From positions 69,130,001 through 69,194,000 of the forward strand of contig NC_043007.1 of NCBI RefSeq assembly GCF_006345805.1: a stretch of 64,000 nucleotides of DNA. The letters are read 5' to 3'. Position numbers and translations under genes: made by a program. Every line of letters begins with the position of its first letter. Position 1 is the stretch's first letter. The notes under the pieces are model-generated. The model worked only from the letters and a program-made list of their open reading frames with translations, did not search any database and was not told the DNA's origin. Positions 13,608 to 28,210 of the stretch are shown here, piece by piece. The stretch is from Octopus sinensis (lineage: Eukaryota).

Positions 13608-13939
13608 CTTCTTAAAGACTCCGCCGGTTACGACGACGAGGGTCCCAGCTGATACGATCAACGGAACAGCTTGCTCGTGAAATTAACGTGCAAATGGCTG
13701 AGCATTCCACAGACACGTGTACCCTTAACGTAGTTCTCGGGGATAATCAGCGTGACACAGAGAGTGACAAGGCTGACCCTTTGAAATACAAGTACAACTC
13801 ATTTTTGCCAGCTGAGTGGACTGGAGCAACGTGAAATAAAGTGTCTTGCTCAAGGACACAACGCGTCGCCGGGAATCGAACTCACAACCTTACGATCATG
13901 AGCCGAATGCCCTAACCACTAAGCCACGCGCCCTCACAC
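13608..13939 (-). mobile_element. tRNA-derived SINE, family B (young)
   Basis: Almost identical to 2127-2452. 12-bp TSD attaactgaatt at 13596-13607 and 13940-13951. Confidence 0.9.
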
Positions 13940-14342
13940 ATTAACTGAATTAAGTATTTGCTATGCAGTGTCTCACTGGAGCGTATTCTGTAAATTTAGT
14001 CTAAATTAGACCTTGATTAGCAGTGTTTCTATTTAGGAGCATGGAGTGGCATGAATGTTTTTGTATATGTGTGTATAGATGATACCGAGTTAATTGTTAG
14101 CATTATTTCACATTTCCAACAACCATAATGCCGGCGATAATAACAACGATTTACATGACTCTGTTAATGAATGATCCTTTTTACTCAAGGCACAAGGCTT
14201 GAAATTTGGTGGTCAAGTACTTCGACCACAGTTGTTTCACTGGTACTTAATTTATCGATCACCGAAAGGATGAACGGCAAAGTCGACGTCGGTGGAAATT
14301 GACTCTGTAAATGAATAAAGTTGACGTCTTGATGAAGATGGT

Positions 14343-14920
14343 GATGATGATGGTGATGATGATAGCAATGATGATGATGATGATGATGATAATGACGACG
14401 ACGACGACGATTACACTACCATTCTTACCACCATGAATACCAAGAAGTTGATGTCGACATTGATAATGAAAATTATAACAACGCCAACGAGAACAAAAAT
14501 GGTGTTGATGATGGTGATGATGAAGAGGACGACGACGACGATGGTGGTGGTGGTGGTAATGATGATGATGATGATGACGTCGATGACTACACTACCAATA
14601 CTACTATGACCACAAATTGTAGGTAGTGATGATGATGATGGTGATGATGATAGCAATGATGATGATGATGATGATGATAATGACGACGACGACGACGATT
14701 ACACTACCATTTTACCACCATGAATACCAAGAAGTTATGTCGACATTGATAATGAAAATTATAACAACGCCAACGAGAACAAAAATGGTGTTGATGATGG
14801 TGATGATGAAGAGGACGACGACGACGATGGTGGTGGTGGTGGTAATGATGATGATGATGATGACGTCGATGACTACACTACCAATACTACTATGACCACA
14901 AATTTGTAGGTAGTGATGAT
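14343..14920. repeat. Direct tandem duplication, about 288-bp unit, GAT/GAC/GGT-rich
   Basis: tagcaatgatg... recurs at 14363 and 14651, and the unique spacer sequences are repeated. Confidence 0.9.
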
Positions 14921-15123
14921 GATGATGGTGGTGGTGGTGGTGGTGATCATGCTGATGATCGTGGGGAAGTAGCTAGAGAGAAACCGATACGAGAATTGTT
15001 ACACAAAATGAACGTTCATGTCAGACGTGTAATACAAATTACATCTGTGATGACATTACTGTTTATATAAGAGAAGGGGTATTGTGAATGTTGTGACTAC
15101 TACTACTGCTGCTGCTGCTGCTG

Positions 15124-15192
<69 letters not shown>

Positions 15193-15198
15193 ACAATG

Positions 15199-15268
<70 letters not shown>

Positions 15269-15481
15269 TGATAATAATAATAATAATGGTAATGGAAATA
15301 ATAATAATAGTAATAACAACAACGATTACTACTACAACAACAGCAACACCAACAATAATGTATTTATCTTTTCTCTCGCACCTACATTATGTTCCTCAAC
15401 ATGGACATTTGTATTTATACTATTAAGTACCAAATGTATCTTTCTATGTATGAATGTGCATACATACATATCACACACACA

Positions 15482-15527
<46 letters not shown>

Positions 15528-15650
15528 TACATAGGTATATCTCACACACATACACATAATTGGTGTTTATACGTATGTTAAGAGTTATAGGACTGTAGAC
15601 AAATCAGCATCAGTTGCCAAGCGGTGAGAAACAAGCACAAAAATACACAC

Positions 15651-15709
15651 AAACATACAGAGTTTCAGATGCCGGGGTTGAAGTCTGCTCCGGCATCTCA
15701 TCAGTTATT
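15651..15709 (-). ncRNA. Hammerhead-ribozyme-like motif (type I, imperfect)
   Basis: Minus strand: AATAA CTGATGA GATGCCGG-14 nt loop-CCGGCATC T GAAAC TCT GTA TGTT. Strong stem II, one extra U before GAAA, weak stem I. Confidence 0.55.
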
Positions 15710-15864
15710 AAAACAAACAAAGACGCTATCAAAAAAAAAACCGTTGAATAAAGGGAAATTACTCCAATTGGCCTGGGGAAAGTAAAACTTCGTTTACAGA
15801 ATCTGCAAATGCACACATGTACACATATACATACATGTACGCACGCGCACACACACACACACAC

Positions 15865-15900
<36 letters not shown>

Positions 15901-16239
15901 ATAAATGATGGTTGTCAACTTGTTTGATAACCATCGCTGACAGTTGTGTCATCAAATGCGTGTGCAAGGGTTTTAAGTCGAGTGTGGTTTACACAACACC
16001 ACAATGATGTTCACTAACAATACAAAACGTCCAGAGACAAGCAACGTGTAAGATATCCGGCCCAGTAGAGCAGCGGTTTTTATATACGAGTTAGTCTTCT
16101 AGACAGAGAGACATCTTGACAAAGAGCAGGGGTCTGTCAATCCCTGTGGGTTTATACCCCACCTCGACCCCATCAACAAATAAACTTCACACCAATTGCA
16201 GACCGGCCATTGATTTCGCTTCGAGGTTTTCTAAGTATA

Positions 16240-16284
16240 TGGTACTGATGAGTCACAATTATGGCGAGATGTCGATATCTATCA
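16240..16284 (+). ncRNA. Type I hammerhead ribozyme with one core substitution (A14G)
   Basis: TGGTA CTGATGA GTCA-caatta-TGGC GAGA TG-tcga-TA TC TATCA. Stems I, II and III all pair (with G.U). The cleavage triplet is AUC and loop 3 is palindromic. GAGA replaces GAAA. Confidence 0.65.
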
Positions 16285-16683
16285 ATCTCGATCATCTTGA
16301 GGTGTGTTGTCTCGCCTACTCTGGGACATTCAGTGTTCTTACAGTCGACGTCGTCCAGGGATCTTTCCCAGCACGCTATCCCGCAACAAATAGGCGTGTA
16401 AACAAAACACACTATGTATGTGCGATCGATAATGTTTACAATATTAAAGCTGCTTTTTATTCTTATGTCTGTATGTATCTGCGCGTGCGTGTGTGTGTGT
16501 GCATACATACACACACAGACACACATATATATATCATATATGTTCATATATATGTACGTACGTATGGAATTCATGCATGTGTGCGTATGTGGTGTGTGTA
16601 TGTGCGCGCGCATATATATCTTTATATAAATACCTATACATACATACATACACATACATACATATATATATATCATATGTATA

Positions 16684-16718
<35 letters not shown>

Positions 16719-16768
16719 GATCTTTCTATATATATATTTAATAGTATGTATGTATATATATATGTATA

Positions 16769-16811
<43 letters not shown>

Positions 16812-16848
16812 ATATATAGATGTATATATATGTATATATATATATATC

Positions 16849-16879
<31 letters not shown>

Positions 16880-18030
16880 TATATTATATATAATATATAT
16901 ATATATAGATATATATATATATATATATATCTATTCTCAATTTAGAATGCCTCAATATGATGAGTACTTAATATTCACTAGTCTTTTGTCAACACGTCTA
17001 ATATACAAGTGATGACGTCATATTTACTTGGCAATCGACCAGCACAAATATTTCTTTCGTTAAAGTGTTGAAATCCCGTCTTTTACGACGTGTTTACGTT
17101 TTAAATAGCAATAATAATAGCAACAGTATCAGCCAAAAACAGAAAAAAAAGAAAGAAGAAAGAAAGCCATCTCTGTATAAGAAAATAAAAAAAAACACAT
17201 CAGCAACAATGATGACTGTAAGAAGTTTTTCTTCGTGGTCACACGACATACTAGAAATAGAAGATAAATCTTCGTCTTAATCACATACTACTGTCTTGGT
17301 ATGTAAGAAATCTCCATAGTACAGCGAGCGTGCATTTGAAATTATTTAATGTTCTTAGCAAGAATCGAAATGTCGATAAGTTCTTTAATTTTCTCTGTTC
17401 TGTTAGTATGTAGCTGTCTCGATGTCTGTATATGACTCAAATAGACGATAATTTAAGCTACTGAATGGATAACAAACAGCTGGAAATACGCACCGTGGAA
17501 ACCGACGGAAAATCCATTTACATACCAGCGCACACAATGATATACTCATACGTACATGCATGCATGCATACACACACACACACACACACACATACATACA
17601 TACATACATACATACATACATACATACATACATACATACATACGTATGCGTGTATGTATGTGTGAGAGAGAGATAGAGGGGAGAGAGAGACAGAGAGAGT
17701 GAGTGAGAAAGTGCGAGAGAGAGACTGACAGATAGACAGACCGAAGCAGAGAGAGGGTAAGACGGGGTGCGGCCAGTTGGTTGGGTACTCATGACCACTA
17801 GATCGTATGTGCTGTGTCCTTCAGCAAGGCACTTCATTTTCACAGTTCTACAATTTGCATAGCTGTAATGAGTACAAGCATGGGACTAGTGCCGAACTCT
17901 CTCCCTCCACCTACCATATCCTCAATGTCCCACTCAATCAAGTGTAAATAGACTGAAAGGGTATCCATGTACACTTGCTCACGCGTGATGGCTATACTAC
18001 ACACGTACATATACATACATACATACTACA

Positions 18031-18158
<128 letters not shown>

Positions 18159-18174
18159 ACAATATATATATATC

Positions 18175-18472
18175 ACCTTACCGACCAGTCCAGTCTGTCG
18201 GGCGTCCATTTGACACCGCTGGTCACAGCACACTGTCCACTCCTCTCGGATCACGCCTTTCTCATCCACGTGATCCCAATCGTCCTCCTGAAATCGTAAC
18301 TCCACCGTCGTGGAGGCCTTCCTCGAGGTCTTTTCCTCTCGCGCGGGTACCACTCGACAACTGCGCGGGTCCACCGATTATCGGTAAGCCGGGCGACGTG
18401 TCCAGCCCATCTAAACTTGCTGCGAGTATATTCTGCGATGACATTCCTCACGCCGGACTTCTCTCTGATGAC

Positions 18473-18476
<4 letters not shown>
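18175..18476 (-). mobile_element. RTE-clade LINE, 3' fragment
   Basis: IREKSGVRNVI...KFRWAGHVARLTDNRWTRAVVEWYPRERKRPRGRPPRRW is the characteristic RTE C-terminus. Flanked by (TA)n. Confidence 0.9.
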
Positions 18477-18513
<37 letters not shown>

Positions 18514-18838
18514 ATTTATACGAACATACACACGCACACACGTACGTACATTAGCATACACACATACATGTACAAACTGAGAGAGGTGAGATAAATTAAA
18601 GAACAGGCGTATGTGTACGTGTGAGTGACTGAGTGACTGAATGAGTGAGTGAGTGAGTGAGTGAGTGAGTGAGTGAGTGAGTGAGTGAGTGAGTGAGCGA
18701 GTGAGTGAGTGAGAAAGAGAGAAAAGAGAGAAAAGAGAGAGTTTAGTCGGTTGCATATTTGAAATATATAGACACCTTTCCACACACACACATACACAAT
18801 ATAAACAGATTAGACATAGATGGACAGATAGATGGATG

Positions 18839-18951
<113 letters not shown>

Positions 18952-19244
18952 ACACTGATACATACAGTGACAAACGGCGTGAGAATTCTCTTTGGTGTAA
19001 ATTATCTATTTATCTCACTATCTATCTCGCTATTTATATATATGGATTTACGTTTGTGTTTATCTTTTTAGTCATTCATTCATTCATTTTCTGAAACAAG
19101 TACGGAATTTTACAGTTAAACAACTGAAAGATAGATCCAGCCATCCCTATATATATATATATATATATGTGTGTGTGGTGTATATATATGTATATATATA
19201 ATACACACACACAGACACAGGCACACAGACACACACTATATATA

Positions 19245-19275
<31 letters not shown>

Positions 19276-19415
19276 ATATATAATGTATATATATTTATAT
19301 TCCATATCCCTGTTTTATATGCATATATATATATATACATATGAAGATTAGTATATATATATATATAGATATATATATATAAAGATGTACACGCACACAC
19401 GCACACACACACACC

Positions 19416-19451
<36 letters not shown>

Positions 19452-20207
19452 CACACACACACTATATATATATATAATATAAACATGAGTCCGAAACCAC
19501 CCAGGAAATGTCTAGATATTTTATTTGTTTGTTTTTTTTTTGTTCTTTGTTTTCCTTTTTTTTTTTATCTGGCGGCGAAATCAGACAAGGGTATCTGCGG
19601 GAGAAGACAGACACTAAACTGTTGCAGAGAATTTGACAGTCAAATATTTACCAAGTTTGTTGGAATCTACTGTTTACTAGTTGACAAATGTCTTGAATCC
19701 TCTCTGCCCAATTGATTACTGTATGTCAACGGCTAGCCGAAACATTTCCAGGAAAGGAAAGTGATCCTTGCTCCCATTGCCAACCCCCACACAAAGAGTC
19801 CAATAGTGCTTTGCATAAACTCGTATGGATTTTACTTTCGCCTCTAGACTATTATTCCTTCTTCTTCTTCTTCTTGCTTCTCTTCTGGTCCTTTCTCTTC
19901 TTATCTCTTCTTCTCTTTCTTCTTCCTTCTTCTTCTCTACTTCTCTTCTTCTTCTTCTTCCTTCTTCTTTCTTCTTCTTCTTCTTCTTCTTTCTTCTTCT
20001 TCTCTTCTTCTTCGTCTCTTTCTTTCTTCTTCTTCTTCTTCTTCTTCTTCGATATACGCAGCAAAGCACACACATACACGTAACACACACACATCTACAT
20101 TCACATTGATGCATTTATATATATGGACGCATGGACATGTACATGCGTGTCTGTGTGTGATAGGGGAGGAAATTGGAGAGAAAGGGTGTGTGTGTCTGGT
20201 GTATATA

Positions 20208-20254
<47 letters not shown>

Positions 20255-20331
20255 TCAAGCACATATGTGTAAAACACGCATAATATATATATAATTTGTA
20301 TATATGCATGCGTATAATATACTTTTATACC

Positions 20332-20387
<56 letters not shown>

Positions 20388-20997
20388 GTATGCGTAAATA
20401 CATACACTCTTACAGGTATACAAATATGTACGTGTTGGTGCGTTCGTGTGTGTGTGTGTATATGCTTAGATGTATAGACTTACATATCTACATACAAACA
20501 AAAGCACACGCACAGACAACACTTGTACGTCTCTGTGTGCGTGTGCGTGTATTTATTTTGAGATGTGTGTATGTGAGGACATATATACAAATACCAATAA
20601 TAGCTGTTTTGTCTCGGTTATTTAATCGTTGCCTTCTCTTATTCTTTGTTATTTCTTACGTTCGGAATTTCACAGAGCTGAGATGAGATTCTGAAACCGA
20701 AGTCTTTGTTGCCAGTTCAATTCCTGGGTTAGCGATTTGAGCTTATTTGTGGTTTACCCTCATAGTTAAATCATGTGAAATTATATAAGATTTCACTCGC
20801 TTAAGCCACTCGTTAGACTCAATTTTATACAACTGTATGGATGAATATATAAGCAAGAGAATCGAATAGATTTCAGCTACAATGGTGCATCAACATTTAC
20901 ACGACCAATCTTTATTTCAATCTTCTGAGGTCTTATCAGCCGCTTTTAAACTTTAATGGATGTATGAACATTCTTAGAAATACTACATACCGTAGAG

Positions 20998-21322
20998 AAG
21001 AGGTTCTCAACTTGGGCGGTAACACCCCCAAGGAATCGCTGGGCATGTCTAAGTGGGGCTTTAGGCTTTAGGGGGCGGTGAGTAGCCGGTGCAGTAACAT
21101 AATTTACATACTAATATGAAGTAAATTTACAATTTTTGTCTTTATTAATTTTTGATCATTTCACTGTTCAAATCTAATACGATCAATTTTTAGGGTAAAA
21201 TTCATATCATCAATGTTATGTTAGTTTAGTCGTAATAACTCACTCACTACTTAGGTGGGCGCTAGGCATAACAACTACTTAAAAGGGGGCGTTACAAAAA
21301 CGAAAAACCTTAAGAACCACTG
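20998..21322. mobile_element. hAT (Charlie/MER5-like) MITE
   Basis: Termini aAGaGGTTCTCAA and TTAAGAACCACTG. The flanking 8-mers ccgtagag and tagtagag resemble a decayed 8-bp TSD. Confidence 0.65.
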
Positions 21323-21609
21323 TAGTAGAGGAAGTTGAGACTCCTCATTTAAATATCTCAATGTTCTAACATTTTCTCCTCTGTGCGCCAAATGAAGTCC
21401 TGGAAAGAGGGGGAATGAGAAATTGGTATTGCCTTGAGTGAAGAGAAAGGTGGTATGAACACGAGCAAGGGGCTTTGAGGAAAAATAGGAATTTCTCGAT
21501 AAAGACTGACCATACTATTGAAGAATATCAGACATGGTTTTATCTTTTCTCTTTTAGAACTTTGCGAAGAGGCGTCACATGGCTATTTAAAAAGTAATAA
21601 TTATTATTT

Positions 21610-21822
21610 CTACTCTAGGCACAAAGCCTTGAAACTTTTAGAGGTAGGGGGCTAGTCGATTATATCTACCCCACTGCGTAACTGGTACTTATTTCATCAA
21701 CCTCAAAAGGATGAAAAGCAAAGTCGAACTCGGCGGAATTTGAACTCAGAACGTAACGGCAGACGAAATACCGGTCAGCATTTCACCCGGCGTGCTAACG
21801 ATTCTGCTAGCTCGCCGCCTTA
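21610..21822 (-). mobile_element. Family-A SINE
   Basis: Same head and central domain as 2664-2899. Confidence 0.85.
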
Positions 21823-22199
21823 AAAAAAAGCAAAATTAATAATAATAGTAGAAGGTGTTTCAATAAAAACACCGATGGTTATGTCACTGCAACACCAAAA
21901 TTCCCAGGAGTGAAAATGTCAAATACAAAAATATAAAACAATCGATTTAAAAGACTGGCACTAAAAACAGTGTGTATACGAGTGTAAGTGTGGACTCTCC
22001 GAGCCTTGGCTAGCAAACCATTTACTGAGGGTGTTATGATAAAAATACTGGTGACTGCACAACCTTACAAATACTACCTCTAAATGAGTGATGTCAAAAT
22101 TAAATAATAACCACAACTGCGCTAACGGGACTGGAACTGTAATCAGTGAAGGTGTCGTACGCGGCAGGCATGGAGCATCTGATCAAGCTATGGATCAGG

Positions 22200-22945
22200 A
22201 CCAAAATTGCAGTCAAAAGTGCAAAAGAAAATGAATGAAATGGGAAAAAAGATTTAACCAAATAAAAGAGGTTTCATGAATCGAATAAAGAGAATATGGG
22301 ATGAAATAGGTTTTGAAGCATTCGCCCAATGACTGATAGACCAAGCGAGAGCAATCTCTAGGAACGACTGGATTACAGGAGTTGAGATTGAAGAAATTCA
22401 GAGAAAGACAAAAAAAGAGCAGGAGAGTGAAACAGCGGTAAGGAAAGGGTAGGAGATGAAGATTATTAAAAAAATGGAAGTCGCAAAGTGCCAGAGAATA
22501 CTGATAAAGTAAATAACGAAGACGATCAAGTTGGACAAGTGACAGAAAATATTGCACAAACATGAATGATGAAGAGAAGGAGATTTTAGAAATGTTGCGA
22601 GATAAAATGTCTCATGGGAACAATGATATATCACCAAATGTAATATATATGGACGGAAAAGGTGAGGAGAACCAGAGGCAAAATGAAAAACGTTTTAAGC
22701 TTGATTAAAACACAACATCAGTGAAACCAACCAGCTAATCATAGCTGCTGCTAATGTCGTAGCTAACAAGTGAAAAACTGAAGGCGCAGGAATGGCTGTG
22801 TGGTAAGTAGCTTGTTTACCAACCACATGGTTCTGGGTTCAGTCCCACTGCGTGGCACCTTGGGTAAGTGTCTTCTACTATAGCCTCGGGCCGACCAAAG
22901 CCTTGTGAGTGGATTTGGTAGACGGAAACTGAAAGAAGCCTGTTG

Positions 22946-23020
<75 letters not shown>

Positions 23021-24910
23021 TTGTGTGTCTGTGTTTGTCCCCCTAGCATTGCTTGACAACCGATGCTGGTGTGTTTATGTCCCCGTTACTTAGCGGTTCG
23101 GCAAAAGAGACCGATAAAATAAGTACTGGGCTTACAAAAGAATAAGTCCTGGGGTCGATTTGCTCGATTAAAGGCGGTGCTTCAGCAAGGCCGCAGTCAA
23201 ATGACTGAAACAAGTAAAAGAGTAAAAAAAGAGAGAGTAAAGAGTATATAAAAGGAAATGAAAAGAAAGAACCAAACTGGAGGAAGAGAATACGAATGAA
23301 GCTGGAAAAGACACGGAAAGAACTGAGACAATTGAATAGGATAATGAGAGGAGAGCTCAAGAATAAGGTAGTAATCAGAAAAGTAAATGGACAGTACAAG
23401 TTAGAAGAAAGGGGAAAACAAGCAGTACATGAAGAATTGACAAAAAAAGTCAAATCATTAAAGGCCAAATTGAAAAGATTTGATACTAAATGCAAAGGTT
23501 TCGAACAGAATACACTCTTCAAATCAAATAGAAGGTATCTTTTTGAGGAAATAGAGGGAGCCCAATATCAGGAACTGATTCCAGATGCAGAAGAAAGTAA
23601 AAAAAAAATGGAGAGGCCGGTGAGACAAAGAAAGCGCGGAGTTGCTAACAAAGGTGGAAAGAAACTTGCAATTGTACCAAGACAAAAGGACGTCAGAATT
23701 GATCTATATACATTGAGACAGAAGTTAAAAAGAACATTGCAAATTGGAAAGAACAAGACCCGGATGGAGTTAAAAGCTATTGGTTGAAGAACTTTACACA
23801 GTTGCATGAAAGGATCGCTGTGCAATTGGATGACTGCCTGCAGCAAGGTCACGTACTTGCATGGATGACAAGTGGACGAACGCTGCTATGCCTCAAGGAT
23901 CCCTTGAAAGAGCTTCAAATTTTCGACCTATAACCTGTTTACCACTTATGTGGAAGTTAATGAACGGTGTCTTGGCGGAAGAGTTATACTACTATCTGGA
24001 AAGTAACAATCAACTTGCAGAAAAGAAAGGGTGCAGGAAACAAAGTAGAGCCACAGAAGATCACTTATAAGTTGATAAAATAATAATTAGAAATTGTAGA
24101 CGCAGATTGACGGGACAGAATGTAGCATGGCTATATTACAAAAAAGCATTTGACATGGTACCACACAGTTGGATAAGTAAAATAATGAGCATGTTTGGAA
24201 GAGCAAAAGAATGCAGGGAGAAAATGCTTAATGAAAGTATGAAACATTGGAATACTGAACTGATAGGAGAAAAGCAAAAACTCGGAAAGTGAACATCAGA
24301 ATATTCCAAGGTGATTGCTTGTCTCCATTACTCTTCGTATTGAACATGGCACCGCTCACTTTGATACTATGATACTTCGAAAAGTTGAAATCGCTTACGA
24401 TTTGGGAAATGGAAATTGTCAGATAAATCATTTTTTCATAGATGATATAATGTTTTAGGCGAAAAATGAGAAACAGCTTGAAAGGTTTGTTCATACTATC
24501 CGCATTTTCTCAGATGATGCAGGTATGGAATTTGGGATAGAAAAGTGCACTATTTTGAAAATGAAACGAGGAAGATTTGAAAGAAGCCGGGGAATTGAAA
24601 TGCCAAACAATGGGAACGGTTGAGTAAGGACAGTAGTATAAGTACTTGGAAATACTGGAAGCAGAAAATGAAAAATGAAGAAATGAAACAAATTACCAGT
24701 AGGGACTGCAGAAGGTGAGTAAGAAAATTATTGCAGTCAAAGCTGAATTTCAAAATTCTTATTGGAGCAATAAATTTAAGAGCAGTACCCTTAATCAGAT
24801 ATGGACTTTGAATAATAGACTGGACCAAAAACGATATAAAGAAACTTGACAGAAAAACTAGAAAGTTGTTGACGATGTATGGAGCCCACCATCCGAAAGT
24901 TGATATCAAA
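22200..24910 (+). mobile_element. Decayed R4/Dong-like non-LTR retrotransposon (RT region), interrupted by a SINE
   Basis: Fragmented RT motifs [67 protein letters not shown] and MYGAHHPK, with many stops and frameshifts. Boundaries are approximate. Confidence 0.85.
22783..23245 (+). mobile_element. tRNA-derived SINE, family C (with internal TA/TG microsatellite)
   Basis: GGCGCAGGAATGGCTGTGTGGTAAG...GGTTCAGTCCCACTGCGTGGCACCTTGGG...GTGGATTTGGTAGACGGAAACTGAAAGAAGCC-(TA)n(TG)n-...GTCAAATGACTGAAACAAGTAAAAGAG. Inserted within the LINE. Confidence 0.9.
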
Positions 24911-25416
24911 GGTAACCGCAGTGCCCCAGCATGGCTGCACCTCTCGAGCTGAAACTAATAAAGAATATATGTGTGCGTGTGTGTATGGGAGAGATAGATA
25001 GAGTGTGTGTGCATGTGTGAATAAGCATACACACACACACACGCACACACATAATACGCATGTATACGCGCGCGCACACATGCACTCGAACACACACACA
25101 CAGACACTTACGTACACGTGCGTGTGAGCTTGAGATTTTGAGAGGGGAAGAGAATGGAAGACAAGTGACAAGAGAAATACATTCAGTGATAGTGGCTTCA
25201 GTGGTGGTGTTGGCGGTGGAAGTGGTGTCGGTAGTAGTAGTAGTAGTAGTAGTAGTAGTCAGATAAATTGGCAGTGACATAGAATTTGTTTTCCGAGGAT
25301 AATCAAAGACATTTGTTAAACATTAAAACTGCTACACTTTCACTTTGTTCCGTTCCGTATTCTTTAACCTATTAAGATTATTATTGCTGTTGATGTTGTT
25401 GTTGTTGTTTTTATTA

Positions 25417-25499
<83 letters not shown>

Positions 25500-25687
25500 T
25501 TGTTATCTTGTATTTTTGTTTTTGTTCTTTTTTTCCTAAAATCTTTGATATTTTCCTTTTGTTTATGCTTTAAATTTTCATGTTGATACATTCCACCCAT
25601 CACATACACACTCGCATCGGTCTGTTATACCCCATCACTCTAGACTGTCATAAGCCCTACACAGCTATCGCCATCATCATCATCACC

Positions 25688-25719
<32 letters not shown>

Positions 25720-25854
25720 TGATAGGGACGTTGTCGTCTTCATCACAATCACTATCAGCAGCAGCAGCTGCATCATCACCACCACCACCACCAGCATTAT
25801 CATCACCATCTTCATCATCATTGACAGAAACGTTGTAACCATCTTCATCAGCAC

Positions 25855-25888
<34 letters not shown>

Positions 25889-26737
25889 GACAGGGACTTG
25901 GCTTTGTCTTCATTATCATCACAAGCCCCACCATCATCAACTTCATAATCATCATCATCATCATCGTCGTCGTCATCGTTATCACTATCGCGAGATGGAC
26001 GTGGTCGTCGTTTTCTTCATCGTCATCATCACCAACATAATGATCATCGTCAGTCACTTACCATTAAGTTCAGATTAGCTTTATCACACACTCACAAGGA
26101 TGGTCATACACACACATACACACACAAACACACACACACATGTTTATGTGTATATATGTGTGTATAGACAAAGAAATAGACAGATGGACAGACAGAAGAC
26201 AGACACATAGAAAGACAAACAGGTAGAGTGTGTGAGAGAGAGAGAGGGGGGGCTACTATTTTGGGGCAGCTTCATCTAGCTCGAAAGTAACATTATGCCT
26301 GACATGTTAAAAACGTCAGAACATGGTAAAAAATCTCTTGTAGCATTTGTTCTTGCACTTTATGTACTGAGTTCGATAACCCTAACCTCAGCTTTGCCTT
26401 TCAGTTCTCTGGGGGGTCGATAAAATTACTAGTCAAGTACTGGGGTCGATGGCATCAAGTAACATCCCTAGTCTCAAAATTGCTAAATTCGCAAATGATT
26501 ATTGTATAAAAGCGCTGGATTAGCTGAAATAGGAAAGTGTTCGAGAAACTGCCTCGTTTGAAGAAGCAACAGTAGAAGTAAACAAAGAAATAAAATAAAA
26601 TAAATTGCGACGTGAATGATCAGAAATCTGTGTGCTGATACTCAACATATTTTACCTATAATTATTACTTGAGTACACACAACATTCACTTATAGTTTTC
26701 AGGCATACATAAATACATACATACATGTATATACATA

Positions 26738-27129
26738 CTAGCAGTATCGCCCGGCGTTGCTCGGGTTTGTTTTGACCCTTTAAAATTGGAATTTTTGAAA
26801 AGTAAAAATTTCGCATTATGTAGCTTGTTATTCTCTTTAAATGAACATTTTTCTGGTTGAAATACACCGAAAAATGGCGACACAGCAGTCAAAAAATCGT
26901 AAAAAATCGGGATTTTCATAGAAAAAAGCACCTGTTTGGTCTTAATTTTTGGTCTTAACATGGTCCGATTTGAATTTTATCTTCTACGGAATGAAGAGCA
27001 AGCCTTCTTCTATGATACTCTAACAATTGGTCAACTTGCGCCGCAGGGTCTCGGAGGAGATAGTGTTAGTTGAAGGCTATCAAACCTGTCACACACAGAC
27101 AACTTCAGCTTTAAAATGTCAAACATAGA
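26738..27129 (-). mobile_element. Non-autonomous Helitron
   Basis: On the minus strand it starts TC and ends with the hairpin ACCCGAGCAACGCCGGGCG plus ATACTGCTAG. The 3' end is identical to the element at 61858. Confidence 0.75.
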
Positions 27130-28163
27130 TATCCCATATGGATAGAGTATATATTTTTTTTTTTAATTTTGATTCTTGGACTAGTCTGTAATCACACCGA
27201 TGGATTTGTTTCGCGCTATGCAGATTTCATTCCGTATAGCAAAGTCTTGTGCATATATTTTGTTTATATTTCTACATATTCCTTAGGAAAAACCTTCGAC
27301 TTAGTTTATTTCATTTTATTATATTGTATAGGCTTACTTTGGTATTTAATTTATAGATGATCCGAAATAGGGTGTTATATTTTGCATGTCTTTCGTCTAA
27401 TTTTTATTATTACACATTCACCATTTTTTAAAAAGCAATGTTGTCAGATCCTAGGCATTTTTATGTAAATATGTGTATTGCCATGAATATGCATTTGTAA
27501 GCATACGTCTTTGAATATGTGTAAGTGAGCGTATGTTTGTACTTAAGCACATACATACACGATTGTATGTGTATGTATGTATCCACTTGAACTTGTGTGT
27601 TTGCGTACTTGTCTCTATATATATGTGTCAGTATATGTGCTTACACAATTTGTATAAAATTTTTTTCTTCTTTCATTTCCTTCTTTTTCCCTTCTCTCTT
27701 TTTCTTTTTTCTCTCTCTTCCTTTGTTTCGTTTTTTTCTCTCCCTATTCGTTACTTGTATAGAGCCCTGTAACTTTATGTCCCCCCTCCCTTACTCATGT
27801 CTTTAGCTTTATGTTGTAAATAAGAACGCCCCTTCCCCATCCATGAATTTAGCTTATAGTCTATATGGAAACAATGATTTTGCATGCGAGCTTGATTGCG
27901 TATACATATGTGCACATGCATTTGTGTGTATATTTTAGCTTTGTATTTATATGTCTGTATATGTATGTGGTCTGCGCACATCTATCTGTGTATGTTGGTG
28001 TATATATGTATAGTTTAGTATGAATATGTACTGTTCTGTAATATTTTAATGCATTTTAACATTTTAATTTCAATTTCCATGTATTAATTATATTTCCTTT
28101 ATTAATGACAATATGTATTTTAACCAAAGATTCGATGTAAGGTTTTTTCCTCGAATTTAAAAT

Positions 28164-28210
<47 letters not shown>

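Noticed and set aside
16116-16871. Longest ORF in the track (251 aa) and its antisense 167-aa ORF
   Set aside because: The second half is TA/TG microsatellite, and the first half has no recognisable domain and overlaps a hammerhead-like repeat.
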